Of a stretch of DNA of 64,000 nt, positions 1-9,930 are shown one piece after another. Origin of the DNA: Myxococcota bacterium (lineage in GTDB: Bacteria; Myxococcota_A; UBA9160; UBA6930); NCBI GenBank assembly GCA_965223705.1, contig OZ245015.1, positions 1,984,001 through 2,048,000 of the forward strand, written 5' to 3'. Under the pieces are notes generated by a model. The model was not told the DNA's origin. It worked only from the letters and a program-made list of their open reading frames with translations, and did not search any database. How positions within the stretch are numbered: the first letter of the stretch is position 1; each line of letters begins with the position of its first letter. A program made the position numbers and the translations under genes.

Positions 1-1
1 A

Positions 2-607
2 GAGGCGCTGTACGAGTCCGACGAGGTGTTGATCGAGCGGCTGCTGTCGGAAATGGATGTCACCGAATCGTTCGAAGAACTGGCGCGCATCGGGCACCGC
101 TTCCTGTCCGATGAGCCGATGAACTTCCACGAGGCGCTTCGCTTTTCGACACCGAGCGGCAAGATCGAAGTCGCGTCCGACGCCGCAACAGAAATGGGTC
201 TGCCGCGAGTGCCCGCTCCCGACGCCGACGCTCGGCCCAAGGCGGGGTGGTACCGGCTTCTCTCACCGGCATCGAAGTGGCGTCTCAATGACTCGTACGC
301 GAACGATCCGACGATTGCCAGGCAATCGGGTCCGCCGGCGGTGACGATCCATCCGCTCGATGCGCAAGCGATCGGCGTGGCCGACGGGGACCGAGTCACG
401 CTCCACAACGCCGCCGGTCGGCTCGACTTGCTCGCAACGGTCGAGGCCGTCACACCCCCCGGCGTCTTGCTAAGCCACAAGGGGCGCTGGCCGAAGGCGG
501 AGACGTCCGGCGCCAATGTCAACGTGCTGCACGCGCCGCGAAGCTCCGACATCCCGGGCTGTTCCGCGGTCCACGGGGTCGAAGTTCAGGTCGAAAAGGC
601 CGTCTAG
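2..607 (+). CDS. Molybdopterin-dependent oxidoreductase, C-terminal part (5'-truncated by window edge)
   Basis: Frame is open from base 2. Contains FSTPSGKIE and a molybdopterin dinucleotide-binding domain pattern (LNDSY...IHPLDA..GVADGDRV.L.N..G...NVN). Confidence 0.85.
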   Translation, partial: EALYESDEVLIERLLSEMDVTESFEELARIGHRFLSDEPMNFHEALRFSTPSGKIEVASDAATEMGLPRVPAPDADARPKAGWYRLLSPASKWRLNDSYANDPTIARQSGPPAVTIHPLDAQAIGVADGDRVTLHNAAGRLDLLATVEAVTPPGVLLSHKGRWPKAETSGANVNVLHAPRSSDIPGCSAVHGVEVQVEKAV

Positions 608-1506
608 AGATCTCGTTCGGTCGGCAGCCGAGACGCTTCGGCGTTGAGCGCATCGAACGCCGTCTTCTTGCGCGGCCTCCGGTCGAACAAGGCTTCGGGT
701 GGAAGCGTGTCGACGTGGTCCTCACGCTTCGGGTCCGGTCGCGAGAAGTAGCCCAGGGCGTAACTCCCCATCGTGTAGCCGAGAAGCTCTTGGAGATCTT
801 CCGACAGCGTGGCCGCGAGCTCGGGCGGGCACGACAAGTACTGGTTTTCCTCTTGTCGCAGCCAACCGAGGCAGTAGGTGATGTTCACGCCGATGCGTTC
901 CGAATCGGAACGGTTTTCACCGCCGCCGTGGAGCACGCTTCCGGTGTAGAGCAACACCGAGCCCGCGGGCATTTCGGCTTGCGTGAGCTCATCCTGAGTT
1001 GCGCGCCGGTCCGGCTCCCATTTCGAGCTCCCCGGAACGATCCGGGTCGCGCCGTTTTCCGCCGTGAAATCGGTCAAGGCCCAGATCGTATTGAGCTGCG
1101 GTTCGATCGTTCGGGGGAGGTAACCGCCCCACGCGAGACGGTCGCGATGCAGCGTCTGCCGACCTTGGCCGGGCATCAGCCGGATGACCTGGGTCAAGTG
1201 CAGTTGGTACCGATCGCAGTAGTCCGACAAGAAGCCGTCGCACAGCGCCCGAATTCTGGGGTGGGTGACGAGGTCTCGGCTCCGCGGGGAGCGCGCGACG
1301 AGGGCGCCGGTCCGCGAGGTCGCGCGGCCGGTGAAGTCATCGCGTCCGAGGCCTGAGCCCTCGATGTACGGTCGGAGCTCCGAGGTGAGCGCCTGCGTCT
1401 CGGTGCTCGTCAGGAGGTTGTCGATCACGGCAGCGCCATCGCGTGCGATCGCCGCGAGAATGGCGTCGGGTTCTGCGTTCGCTGAAAAATGCTCGAGAAC
1501 GGCCAT
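604..1506 (-). CDS. Phytanoyl-CoA dioxygenase (PhyH) family Fe(II)/2-oxoglutarate dioxygenase
   Basis: Motifs Q.LHRD, WALTDFTAENGATRIVPGS, LHGGGEN and GWLRQEENQYL. Confidence 0.9.
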   Translation of the reverse strand: MAVLEHFSANAEPDAILAAIARDGAAVIDNLLTSTETQALTSELRPYIEGSGLGRDDFTGRATSRTGALVARSPRSRDLVTHPRIRALCDGFLSDYCDRYQLHLTQVIRLMPGQGRQTLHRDRLAWGGYLPRTIEPQLNTIWALTDFTAENGATRIVPGSSKWEPDRRATQDELTQAEMPAGSVLLYTGSVLHGGGENRSDSERIGVNITYCLGWLRQEENQYLSCPPELAATLSEDLQELLGYTMGSYALGYFSRPDPKREDHVDTLPPEALFDRRPRKKTAFDALNAEASRLPTERDL

Positions 1507-1508
1507 GG

Positions 1509-2285
1509 CTAATCCTCAAAAATGGCGACGGCGCGGGTGAAGCCCGCCGACGCGCCGCGGATCTTGAACGGAAAGCAAGCGATCGTGAAACCGGTTGCGG
1601 GAAGGGCTTCGAGATTATGGAGCTTCTCCAGGTGGCAATAGCCGATTTCCATCCCCGCACGGTGGCCTTCCCAGATGAGCCCCGCGTCTCCCGTCTCCGC
1701 GAATTTGTCCTTTGTGTAGACAAACGGTGCGTCCCAGCTCCACGCGTCGGTACCGGTGACGCGCACGCCGCGTTCGAGGAGAAACAGCGTCGCTTCCTTG
1801 CCCATCCCGCAGCCGGCGCTGACGTAGTCGTCATTGCCGTAGGCCTTCCCCGCGCGCGTGTTGACGACGACGATCTCGAGCGGTTTGAGCTCGTGCCCGA
1901 TGCGCTCGAGCTCTTTTTCGACGTCGACGGGAGTCACGACGTAGCCGTCATCCAGGTCGCGGAAATCGAGCTTCACGCCGGGGTTGAAGCACCACTCGAG
2001 CGGTACTTCGTCGATGGTGATGGCGCGCTTGCCGCCGTCCATCGTCGAGTGGAAGTGGTAGGGCGCGTCGAGGTGGGTGCCGTTGTGGGTCATCAACCGG
2101 ATCCACTCGATGGCCCAGCCCTCGCCGCCGGGGAGCTGATCCTTTTCGAGCCCAGGAAAGAAGGCGCTCACGTCTCCCGCCGTGTCGTCGTGATTCAAGT
2201 ACTCGATCTTCGGGCCGTAACCCGGCGGATCGGACGCGATGTCGTTTTCCAAGTAGACGGAGAGATCGACGAAGCGGCGGGCCAT
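1509..2285 (-). CDS. Cyclase family (kynurenine formamidase-like) metal hydrolase
   Basis: [11 protein letters not shown] motif, [14 protein letters not shown]. Start moved to ATG 2285, which follows a GGAGGAAGG RBS. Confidence 0.9.
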   Translation of the reverse strand: MARRFVDLSVYLENDIASDPPGYGPKIEYLNHDDTAGDVSAFFPGLEKDQLPGGEGWAIEWIRLMTHNGTHLDAPYHFHSTMDGGKRAITIDEVPLEWCFNPGVKLDFRDLDDGYVVTPVDVEKELERIGHELKPLEIVVVNTRAGKAYGNDDYVSAGCGMGKEATLFLLERGVRVTGTDAWSWDAPFVYTKDKFAETGDAGLIWEGHRAGMEIGYCHLEKLHNLEALPATGFTIACFPFKIRGASAGFTRAVAIFED

Positions 2286-2365
2286 GGGTCCTTCCTCCGA
2301 TAGTCCCGGAAAGCGTAGCCCTCTCGATCCCGTGTAGCATCGGACCCGAACGCGAGGAGACAGCG

Positions 2366-3436
2366 ATGGATTTCGGCGTGTGCGTGACGACAAAGATCGA
2401 CGATGTGGGTTACATCGCGTTCGCAGAGAACCTGGGCTTTACCCACGCGTGGGTCGCCGACACGCAGATGATCTGGTCCGATTGCTACGCCGTGCTCGCT
2501 CTCGCCGCACAGCAGACGCGGCGTATTCAGCTCGGTACAGGCGTTTCGGTCGCCGGTACGCGGGCGGCGCCGGTCATCGCGCACAGCATCGCCACGATCA
2601 ACCGCTTGGCGCCGGGCAGGACGTTCCTGGGCCTCGGCACGGGGAACAGCGCGATGCGCTTGATGGGGCATCGGCCTCTGCGCCTCGGGGAGTTTACGCA
2701 CGAGCTCGAAGTGATCCGCGCATTGCTGCACGGCGAGGAGATCGTCTATTCGTGGCGCGGCGAAGAGCACGTGGTGCGGTTCGATATGGCCGAGCTCGGT
2801 TTCATCGACATCGAGCAAAGGATACCGATCTACGTGTCGGGCTTTGGACCGAAGACGCAGCGCGTCGCCGGGCGACTGGGCGACGGTCTCGTGCTTTCGA
2901 TCCCGCCTGACGCTTCGCATCTGGACCGCGCGCTCGGCAACGTCGCACGAGGTGCCGAGGAAGCCGGAAGGCCGAAACCCGGACCGGACTATTTGACCTG
3001 CTCGCTCACCATGGCCGCGATTCTTCGCCCCGGTGAGGATCTCCGCTCGGAGCGGATCCGCCGCGAGGTCGGGCCCTTCGCCATGTCGTCACTCCACTAC
3101 GTCTACGACCGCGTGCGCCAATTGGGAGGCAAGCCGCCGGCGCGACTCGGCGGGGTTTGGGAAAAGTACTGCTCACTCGTCGAGACCGTTCCCGAGTCGC
3201 ATCGCCACATGCGTATCCACGCCGGGCACTGCACGTACGTCTTGCCCGAAGAGGAGGAGCTCGTGACGCCGGAGCTCATTCGGGAAACGTGTCTGGCGGG
3301 GACGCCGGAAGAGGTGGCGGCACAGATCCGGGAACTCGAATCGCGGGGGTTGCAGCAGCTGATGTTCCTGCCCTCGCTCGAGACGCAATATTCCTACCTC
3401 CAACAGTTCGCGGATGAGGTCATGCCGATCGTCTAG
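2366..3436 (+). CDS. LLM class flavin-dependent oxidoreductase
   Basis: [46 protein letters not shown]. Confidence 0.9.
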   Translation: MDFGVCVTTKIDDVGYIAFAENLGFTHAWVADTQMIWSDCYAVLALAAQQTRRIQLGTGVSVAGTRAAPVIAHSIATINRLAPGRTFLGLGTGNSAMRLMGHRPLRLGEFTHELEVIRALLHGEEIVYSWRGEEHVVRFDMAELGFIDIEQRIPIYVSGFGPKTQRVAGRLGDGLVLSIPPDASHLDRALGNVARGAEEAGRPKPGPDYLTCSLTMAAILRPGEDLRSERIRREVGPFAMSSLHYVYDRVRQLGGKPPARLGGVWEKYCSLVETVPESHRHMRIHAGHCTYVLPEEEELVTPELIRETCLAGTPEEVAAQIRELESRGLQQLMFLPSLETQYSYLQQFADEVMPIV

Positions 3437-3465
3437 GGATTCCCCGAGGGGTAGAATCGACAAGT

Positions 3466-3498
3466 GTTCGAACGTATGTTTTAAACATTCGTTTGAAC
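3466..3498. promoter_or_regulatory. TetR (PsrA-type) operator: 16-bp inverted repeat containing two overlapping AAAC-N4-GTTT-like boxes
   Basis: GTTCGAACGTATGTTT-T-AAACATTCGTTTGAAC (2 mismatches between arms). Lies just downstream of a TAGAAT -10 box (3452-3457) and upstream of the TetR gene. Confidence 0.75.
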
Positions 3499-3517
3499 GA
3501 GGCCGAACTACTCTTCC

Positions 3518-4156
3518 ATGAGCGCCGACACCAAAACCGCGATTCTCGATGCGTCCGAAGCCCTTTTTGCCGAGCGAGGGATCGAGGCGAGTTCGCTGCG
3601 CGCGATCACGGCCCAGGCCGGCACCAACCTCGCCGCGGTGAACTACCACTTCGGTTCGAAGGAAGCGCTCATCGCGGCCGTCGTCGCGCGGCGGATCGCG
3701 CCGGTCAACGAAGAGCGCTTGAAGCTCCTTAACCAGCTCGAGGCCGGTCGAGAGCCCGCGACCCTCGAGGGTGTCTTGGCGGCGTTCTTCGGGCCTCCCG
3801 TACGCATGCTCGAGGGCGAAGGGGCGCAGGCTTCGCTGCTCGGGAAACTGATTTCGCGCATCTACTGGGAATCCGGCGACGAGACGCGGCGGCTGATCCT
3901 CGCGCAATTCCGGGAGGTCCTCGAGCGATTCATTCCCGCGCTCGCGGAGCAGCTTCCGGAACTTTCTCTCCGCGAGGTGGGTCTGCGTTTTCAGTTCGCG
4001 CTGGGCGTGATGGTCCACACCCTGTCCCAACGCGCGCGGACGGAGGGCGTCGAGTTCGACCTTTTTGTCGAGGACGATAGTCAGCGCCAACTCGAACGCA
4101 TGGTCGCATTCGTCGCAGCGGGCTTTCGCGCGCCCGCCTTCGGAGATAGCGAGTGA
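3518..4156 (+). CDS. TetR/AcrR family transcriptional regulator, PsrA-like
   Basis: HTH region ILDASEALFAERG...SLRAIT..AG.NLAAVNYHFGSKEAL. C-terminus ends FVAAGFRAP. Confidence 0.9.
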   Translation: MSADTKTAILDASEALFAERGIEASSLRAITAQAGTNLAAVNYHFGSKEALIAAVVARRIAPVNEERLKLLNQLEAGREPATLEGVLAAFFGPPVRMLEGEGAQASLLGKLISRIYWESGDETRRLILAQFREVLERFIPALAEQLPELSLREVGLRFQFALGVMVHTLSQRARTEGVEFDLFVEDDSQRQLERMVAFVAAGFRAPAFGDSE

Positions 4157-5385
4157 GTACCGAGCTCTTTGAAGTACCGCCGGAAGCGCCTCGGCCGGTC
4201 GAAGCGCCGAAACGCAGGAGCCGGTCCGGGTGGTACGCCATCGGGGTGCTGTTGCTGGCCGGGGCCGCGGTTGTCTTCATGCTCTTGACCCGCGCCGAAG
4301 TCGAGACGCGCGCGCCGGAGATCTTGCCGCCGTTGGTGCGGACGATGACCGCCTCGCTCGCCGAGGTGGCCCTCGTGCTCGAGGCCCGAGGTACCGTCGA
4401 GCCCGAAACGGAAGCGCAAATTGCCGCGGAAGTCGCAGGCCGCGTGGAGTCCCTCTCGCCACTGCTGGTCGAGGGTGCCTTTTTCAAGGCTGGCGACGCG
4501 CTTCTCAAGCTCGATCCGAGCGACCACCGCGTGGAAGCCGACCGCGCCCGCGCCGCACTCGCCGTCCGCGAGGCGGAAGCGGCCATGGCGGAGCGGCAAG
4601 TGACCCGCTGGCGTGCTCTGTCGGAGCGCGGTGTCGCGAGCAACGCCGACCTCGACAACGCCGAAATGCAGATCGGTGTCGCGCGAGCTTCGGTCCGCGC
4701 GGCGCGTGCGGATCTCGCCCGCGCCGAGCTCAATCTGCGTCGCACCGTCATCCGGGCGCCGTTCGACGGCCGCGTGCGCAGCGTGTCGGTGGACGTCGGC
4801 GACTTCGTGGCGCGCGGCGCTCCGCTGGCGCGTCTCTACGGGACGGACACCGCAGAGGTCCGCCTGCCCGTTGCTCCCGAAGAGGTCGGGCGGCTCGGCA
4901 TCGGTCTCGACTTCGTTCGCGAAGACGCGGAAGCCGCCCCAAAGGTGGAGCTTGTCGCGTCCGTCGGCGGCGGTGACGCGTCCTGGACCGGTGTGATCGA
5001 TCGTCTCGAGGGCGAGATCGATCAGCGCGCGCGCACGGTGGGTGTGGTGGCACAAATCGAAGATCCCTTCGGCCGGATCGAGCCACTTCGCGGTCGGCCA
5101 CCGCTCACCCCGGGGATGTTCGTCAACGCCCGCATCCACGGCAGGACGGTCGAGGGAGCCGTGGTGATCCCCCGCGAAGCGTTGCGCTCGAACGATCGCG
5201 TTCTCGTGCTCGACGAAGACTCCCGGCTCCGTTTCCGCGACGTTCGAATCGTTCAACGCCGGGGGGATGAGCTCGTCGTCGGCGACGGTCTGTCCGACGG
5301 CGACCGCGTGTGCATCTCCCCGCTCGACGTCGTGACAGACGGGATGCGGGTCCGTGTAGCAGAAGCGGAGACGGCTTCCCCGTGA
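4153..5385 (+). CDS. Efflux RND transporter periplasmic adaptor subunit
   Basis: N-terminal TM segment, GTVEP...AEVAGRV, IRAPFDG, LTPGMFV, VIPREAL. Confidence 0.92.
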   Translation: MSTELFEVPPEAPRPVEAPKRRSRSGWYAIGVLLLAGAAVVFMLLTRAEVETRAPEILPPLVRTMTASLAEVALVLEARGTVEPETEAQIAAEVAGRVESLSPLLVEGAFFKAGDALLKLDPSDHRVEADRARAALAVREAEAAMAERQVTRWRALSERGVASNADLDNAEMQIGVARASVRAARADLARAELNLRRTVIRAPFDGRVRSVSVDVGDFVARGAPLARLYGTDTAEVRLPVAPEEVGRLGIGLDFVREDAEAAPKVELVASVGGGDASWTGVIDRLEGEIDQRARTVGVVAQIEDPFGRIEPLRGRPPLTPGMFVNARIHGRTVEGAVVIPREALRSNDRVLVLDEDSRLRFRDVRIVQRRGDELVVGDGLSDGDRVCISPLDVVTDGMRVRVAEAETASP

Positions 5386-8300
5386 ACCGAGCTATCGCCT
5401 GGTTCGCCGAGAACAGCGTCGCCGCGAACTTGCTCATGATCGGCGTCGTGGTCGCCGGACTGATGACGTTGCCGACGATTCGCCAGGAAGTGTTCCCCGA
5501 GACGAGCACGGATCGAATCACGATCTCCGTTCCGTACCCCGGTGCCGCGCCCGAAGAAGTCGAAGAAGGCATCACGGTCCGTATCGAAGAGCAGCTCCTC
5601 GGGATCGATGGCATCAAACGCGTGACGTCCACTTCGAGCGAGGGGGCGAGCTCGGTCGTCGCAGAGCTCTACGAAGACGCGGATTCGAGCCGCGTTCTCG
5701 ACGACATCAAGAATCGCGTCGATTCGATCGATACGTTTCCACTCGACGCCGAAGAACCGATCGTTCAAGAGCTGGTTCTGCGCGCCCAGGTCCTGAATAT
5801 CGCCATTGCGGGGGATGTCGACGAGCGGACGCTCAAGGTGCTCGCCCAGCGGGTGCGCGACGAGCTCACCTCGCTCGACGAGATCACGCACGTCGAAGTC
5901 GTCGTGGCGAGACCCTTCGAGATGTCGATCGAAGTCTCCGAGGATGCGCTGCGCCGCTACGACTTGACGTTCGACGAAGTCGTTGCGGCCGTTCGCGCGC
6001 GATCGGTGGACTTGCCCGGCGGCTCCATCAAGACGCGCGGCGGAGAGATCCTGCTGCGCAGCAAAGGGCAGGCGTACGACGGCCACGACTTCTCGAGCAT
6101 TCCGCTCCGGAGCGAAGCCGATGGACGACGCTTGCTCGTGGGCGACGTCGCGGAAGTCGTCGACGGTTTTCGCGATACCGATCAAGCGGCGCGGTTCGAC
6201 GGCCAACGCGCCGTTCTCGTCCAGGTGTTCCGGGTCGGCGAGCAGAACGCCCTGCGCATCGCGGATCGCGTGCGGGACTACATCGAGACCGCCGCGGCGA
6301 GGATGCCGACCGGCGTCACACTCACGATCTGGCAGGATGACAGCGAGTTGCTGCGCGGGCGCCGGGATCTCCTCCTGCGCAACGGTCGCGACGGGTTCTT
6401 GCTCGTCATCCTCGTCCTCGCGCTCTTCCTGCGGGCGCGCGTCGCGTTCTGGGTGGCTGTCGGCGTACCGATCGCGCTTCTGGGAACGCTCTGGGTCATG
6501 CCGAGCTGGGGTGTTTCGATCAATTTGCTCTCGCTCTTCGCGTTCATCGTCGTGCTGGGCATCCTGGTCGACGACGCGATCGTGACGGGCGAAAACATCT
6601 TTCGGCACCAGGAGAACGGGCTGCCACAACTCGAGGCTGCCAAGAAAGGGACCCAAGAGATCGTCGTGCCCGTCGTATTCGGGGTTCTCACGACCATGGC
6701 GGCTTTCGCCCCGATGTTGACGATGCCGGGCCCCTTCGGCCGGATCATTCGCGTGATCCCAGCCGTGGTGTTGACGGCGCTCGCGTTCTCGCTCATCGAG
6801 ACGAAGTTCATCCTTCCCGCTCATCTGGGACACAGTCGCTCGCCGGGCGGGGGTGGACCGAAGTTCTGGCAACGGTTTCAGGACGGGATCTCGAGGCGCC
6901 TCACGAATTTTGTCGAGCGGCGCTACCGCCCGTTTCTGACAAAGGCCTTGGATCACCGCTGGTTGACGCTCGCGATCGCATTCTCCGTGGTCGTCGTCAC
7001 GGCGGGTTACATCGCGAGTGGGCGGATCCAGTTCGCGTTCTTCCCGCGCGTCGAAGGTGACGACGTCGTCGCGGTGTTGACGATGCCCGTGGGCACGCCG
7101 GTGGAACAGACCAGCCGCGCCATCGCGCGACTCGAAGAGACGGCCGCCGAGTTGATTCGCGAAAGCGATCGGCGCTGGCCACCGGAAGCTGTACCGAGCA
7201 ACGCCCGACACGTCCTCGCGACGATCGGGGAACAACCCTACCGAGTGCGTCAATCGAGGACGCCCGCCGGCGGCAGCGCCGCCGGTACGGGCGGGCACAC
7301 CGGCGAAGTCCACATCGAGCTGTATCCCTCCGAACAGCGGGCGGCGAGCGCGGAGCGCATGGAAAACCTGTGGCGGGAGCTCACCGGCGCGATTCCCGAC
7401 GCGCGGGAGCTCGAGTTCACGTCGTCGCTCATCTCCGCGGGCGATGCGATTCACATCCAGCTGCGGGGCGCGAAGACGGAATCCCTGCGAGCCGCTGCGA
7501 CGGACGTCCGGAATCGGCTGGCGAGATATCCGGGGGTCTTCGACGTCGCGGACTCGTTCCGCGACGGGAAACGCGAGCTCAAGCTGCGGATCTTGCCGTC
7601 CGCCGAGGCGCTCGGAATCACCCTGCGCGATTTGGGTCGGCAAGTGCGGCAGGCGTTCTACGGCGCGGAAGTTCAGAAGATTCAGCGCGGACGCGACGAG
7701 CTGCGGGTGATGGTTCGTTACCCCGAAGCGGCTCGGCGCTCGCTCGGCGATATCGAGACGATGAGGATCCGCTTGCCCGACGCGACGGCGGTTCCCTTTT
7801 CCGCCGTGGCCCAGGTCGAACTCTCCCGGGGCTTCGCGTCGATCCGCCACAACGAGCGCCAGCGCGTGATCGACGTGACCGCCGACGTCGATCCGACCCA
7901 GGCCAACGCGAACGAAGTCATCGCCGACCTACGGGCAAAGGAGCTCCCGGCGATTCTCGCGCAGTACGAAGGCGTGGGCTTCACCTTCGAAGGCGAACAG
8001 CGGGAGCAGGCCGACACCATGGCGAACTTCCGCAGGGGCTTTGCGTTGTCGCTGATCGCGATCTTCGCTCTGCTCGCGATCCCGCTGCGTTCCTACGTCC
8101 AACCGCTGGTCGTCATGTCGGCGATCCCGTTCGGTTTCGTCGGTGCGGTTTGGGGCCACGTCCTCACCGGACGCGACCTCAGCATGCTTTCGGTGATCGG
8201 AATTCTCGCCGCGGCCGGTGTGGTGGTAAACGACAGCTTGGTCCTCGTAAGCTTCGTCAACCGCCGCCGCCGCGAAGGTCTCGGGGCGCGGGAGAGCGTC

Positions 8301-8567
8301 GTCGAGGCCGGAGTCGCGCGCTTCCGCGCGATTTTGCTGACGTCGCTCACCACGTTCCTCGGACTCACCCCGATCATGTTGGAGCAGAGCCTCCAGGCGC
8401 AGTTCCTGATTCCGATGGCGATTTCGCTGGCGTACGGCGTCGGCTTCGCGACTTTCGTCACGCTTCTCGTCGTCCCGAGCATGACGCTGGCGCTCGGCGA
8501 TCTTCCGGGGCTCCGGGGGTACCACGCGGGTGTCACGGCGAAGGGTGGCTTGACGGAATCCGCGTGA
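5382..8567 (+). CDS. Efflux RND transporter permease (AcrB/AcrD/AcrF family)
   Basis: About 1060 aa. GILVDDAIV and RFRAILLTSLTT motifs. GTG start overlaps the adaptor stop (GTGA). Confidence 0.95.
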   Translation: MNRAIAWFAENSVAANLLMIGVVVAGLMTLPTIRQEVFPETSTDRITISVPYPGAAPEEVEEGITVRIEEQLLGIDGIKRVTSTSSEGASSVVAELYEDADSSRVLDDIKNRVDSIDTFPLDAEEPIVQELVLRAQVLNIAIAGDVDERTLKVLAQRVRDELTSLDEITHVEVVVARPFEMSIEVSEDALRRYDLTFDEVVAAVRARSVDLPGGSIKTRGGEILLRSKGQAYDGHDFSSIPLRSEADGRRLLVGDVAEVVDGFRDTDQAARFDGQRAVLVQVFRVGEQNALRIADRVRDYIETAAARMPTGVTLTIWQDDSELLRGRRDLLLRNGRDGFLLVILVLALFLRARVAFWVAVGVPIALLGTLWVMPSWGVSINLLSLFAFIVVLGILVDDAIVTGENIFRHQENGLPQLEAAKKGTQEIVVPVVFGVLTTMAAFAPMLTMPGPFGRIIRVIPAVVLTALAFSLIETKFILPAHLGHSRSPGGGGPKFWQRFQDGISRRLTNFVERRYRPFLTKALDHRWLTLAIAFSVVVVTAGYIASGRIQFAFFPRVEGDDVVAVLTMPVGTPVEQTSRAIARLEETAAELIRESDRRWPPEAVPSNARHVLATIGEQPYRVRQSRTPAGGSAAGTGGHTGEVHIELYPSEQRAASAERMENLWRELTGAIPDARELEFTSSLISAGDAIHIQLRGAKTESLRAAATDVRNRLARYPGVFDVADSFRDGKRELKLRILPSAEALGITLRDLGRQVRQAFYGAEVQKIQRGRDELRVMVRYPEAARRSLGDIETMRIRLPDATAVPFSAVAQVELSRGFASIRHNERQRVIDVTADVDPTQANANEVIADLRAKELPAILAQYEGVGFTFEGEQREQADTMANFRRGFALSLIAIFALLAIPLRSYVQPLVVMSAIPFGFVGAVWGHVLTGRDLSMLSVIGILAAAGVVVNDSLVLVSFVNRRRREGLGARESVVEAGVARFRAILLTSLTTFLGLTPIMLEQSLQAQFLIPMAISLAYGVGFATFVTLLVVPSMTLALGDLPGLRGYHAGVTAKGGLTESA

Positions 8568-9702
8568 GGAGGACGAGCCAGGCCGCGATCGTCGCGAGCC
8601 CGGTAACGGCAAACACCGCGGGATAACCGCGCGCCTCCGCGAGAACGCCGAGCAGTAGACAACCGACCGCCACCCCGACGCTGAACCAAGCCTGGAAGAA
8701 CGCGATCACTTTCCCGCGGTCTTCCGGGAGTGCCGCGCCGAGCGCGACCGCGCTGAACGATGGGTAGAACAGTCCGTGGGCGAAGCCGAAGAGAGCGCCG
8801 ACCGGGATCAGCGTTTCGGGGCGCAACGCGGCCATCGCGAAGATTGAAGCGGCGTAGAGGAGGAGGTTCGCCAGCGCGACGCGCCGGTGCCCCCAACCAT
8901 CGACCCAGCCGCCGAGGACGACGCGGACGGCCACCGCGGCGATGGCGTACGCGATGAAGTAGCCGCCGACCCGTTCCATCCCCAGCTCGAGCGCGAACGG
9001 GATCTGGAACGTGGTCATCGCCCCAAAGGCCGCTCCGACGACCGTGATCACGCCGAAGATCGGTCGCAGCGCGGGCCGGGTCATGACGGCCATCAACGTC
9101 GAGCGCTGCGTCGTTCCGGAATGCTCAGCGTGTCGCGGTTCCCGAATTCGCGAGGCGAGGGCGGCGCACAAGAGCGCCATGATCGCAGCGACGACAAAAG
9201 TCGCTTCCCAACCGCGCCACTCGGCCAACCGCTCGCCGAGGGTTGCGGCTGCCGCGTTCATCCCGAGCATCGTCACACCGAACAGGCCGATGGCTTGCGC
9301 GGTGCGGGTCGGTGGCGCGAGATCGACACACAGGGTGGCTCCGGCAGAGACCGCGAGGGCGAAGGCGATGCCCTGAACGACGCGCAACGCGTACAGCAGG
9401 GGGCCGATTTCCGAGACCGCGACGAGCGCGGAGCTCGCGACCGCCATCAGGACGGAGCCGCCCACCATGAACACGGTTCGTCCGAAACGATCCACCAAGA
9501 CACCGGCCGCGAGGAGGCCCACGACAGCGGCGATTGCGTGCAAGGTCGTGACGACACCGACTTCGAAAGGACCGGCGGAGAGCGCCTCCGTGACGAACTT
9601 CGGAACCAGGTAGAAGGTCGAGAAGGCGTACCCAAAGCAAGCCTGTGCGGCGAGCAGCAAGACGAGGTCCGCGCTCCAGAACGGCTCCTGCCGGGGATTC
9701 AA
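8533..9702 (-). CDS. MFS transporter
   Basis: About 12 hydrophobic segments, GVLVDRFGR motif A, and RVVQG. Confidence 0.88.
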   Translation of the reverse strand: MNPRQEPFWSADLVLLLAAQACFGYAFSTFYLVPKFVTEALSAGPFEVGVVTTLHAIAAVVGLLAAGVLVDRFGRTVFMVGGSVLMAVASSALVAVSEIGPLLYALRVVQGIAFALAVSAGATLCVDLAPPTRTAQAIGLFGVTMLGMNAAAATLGERLAEWRGWEATFVVAAIMALLCAALASRIREPRHAEHSGTTQRSTLMAVMTRPALRPIFGVITVVGAAFGAMTTFQIPFALELGMERVGGYFIAYAIAAVAVRVVLGGWVDGWGHRRVALANLLLYAASIFAMAALRPETLIPVGALFGFAHGLFYPSFSAVALGAALPEDRGKVIAFFQAWFSVGVAVGCLLLGVLAEARGYPAVFAVTGLATIAAWLVLLTRIPSSHPSP

Positions 9703-9908
9703 TGCTGTCGTTCGCGTTCGGTCTCGACCCGGATCCGATTCTCGAGTCGCGCGATGACCCGAAGGATGCGGTGCTCGTGGACGTCGTTTCCGCCACGTCC
9801 GTCGGCGCGGAGAGGGGCTTCGACCCGGCGAAGCTCCACACGCGTGGTCAGCCGGTCTCGTCGCATCTGCAGACGATGCAGTACGGGATTCTCGGATTGG
9901 GGGGTCAA
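9699..9908 (-). CDS. Small hypothetical protein (69 aa, helical and charged)
   Basis: Fills the gap between the CBS gene and the MFS gene. AAGGAAG RBS before a TTG start. Stop overlaps the MFS start. Confidence 0.5.
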   Translation of the reverse strand: MTPQSENPVLHRLQMRRDRLTTRVELRRVEAPLRADGRGGNDVHEHRILRVIARLENRIRVETERERQH

Positions 9909-9930
9909 CCAGGCTTCCTTCAGCTGCAGC

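Noticed and set aside
5253..7850. Long antisense or alternate-frame ORFs (e.g. 5253-7850, 22735-24876, 31687-33525, 57810-59543, 61178-63145)
   Set aside because: Shadow ORFs expected in high-GC DNA. They overlap well-supported genes and show no recognisable motifs.
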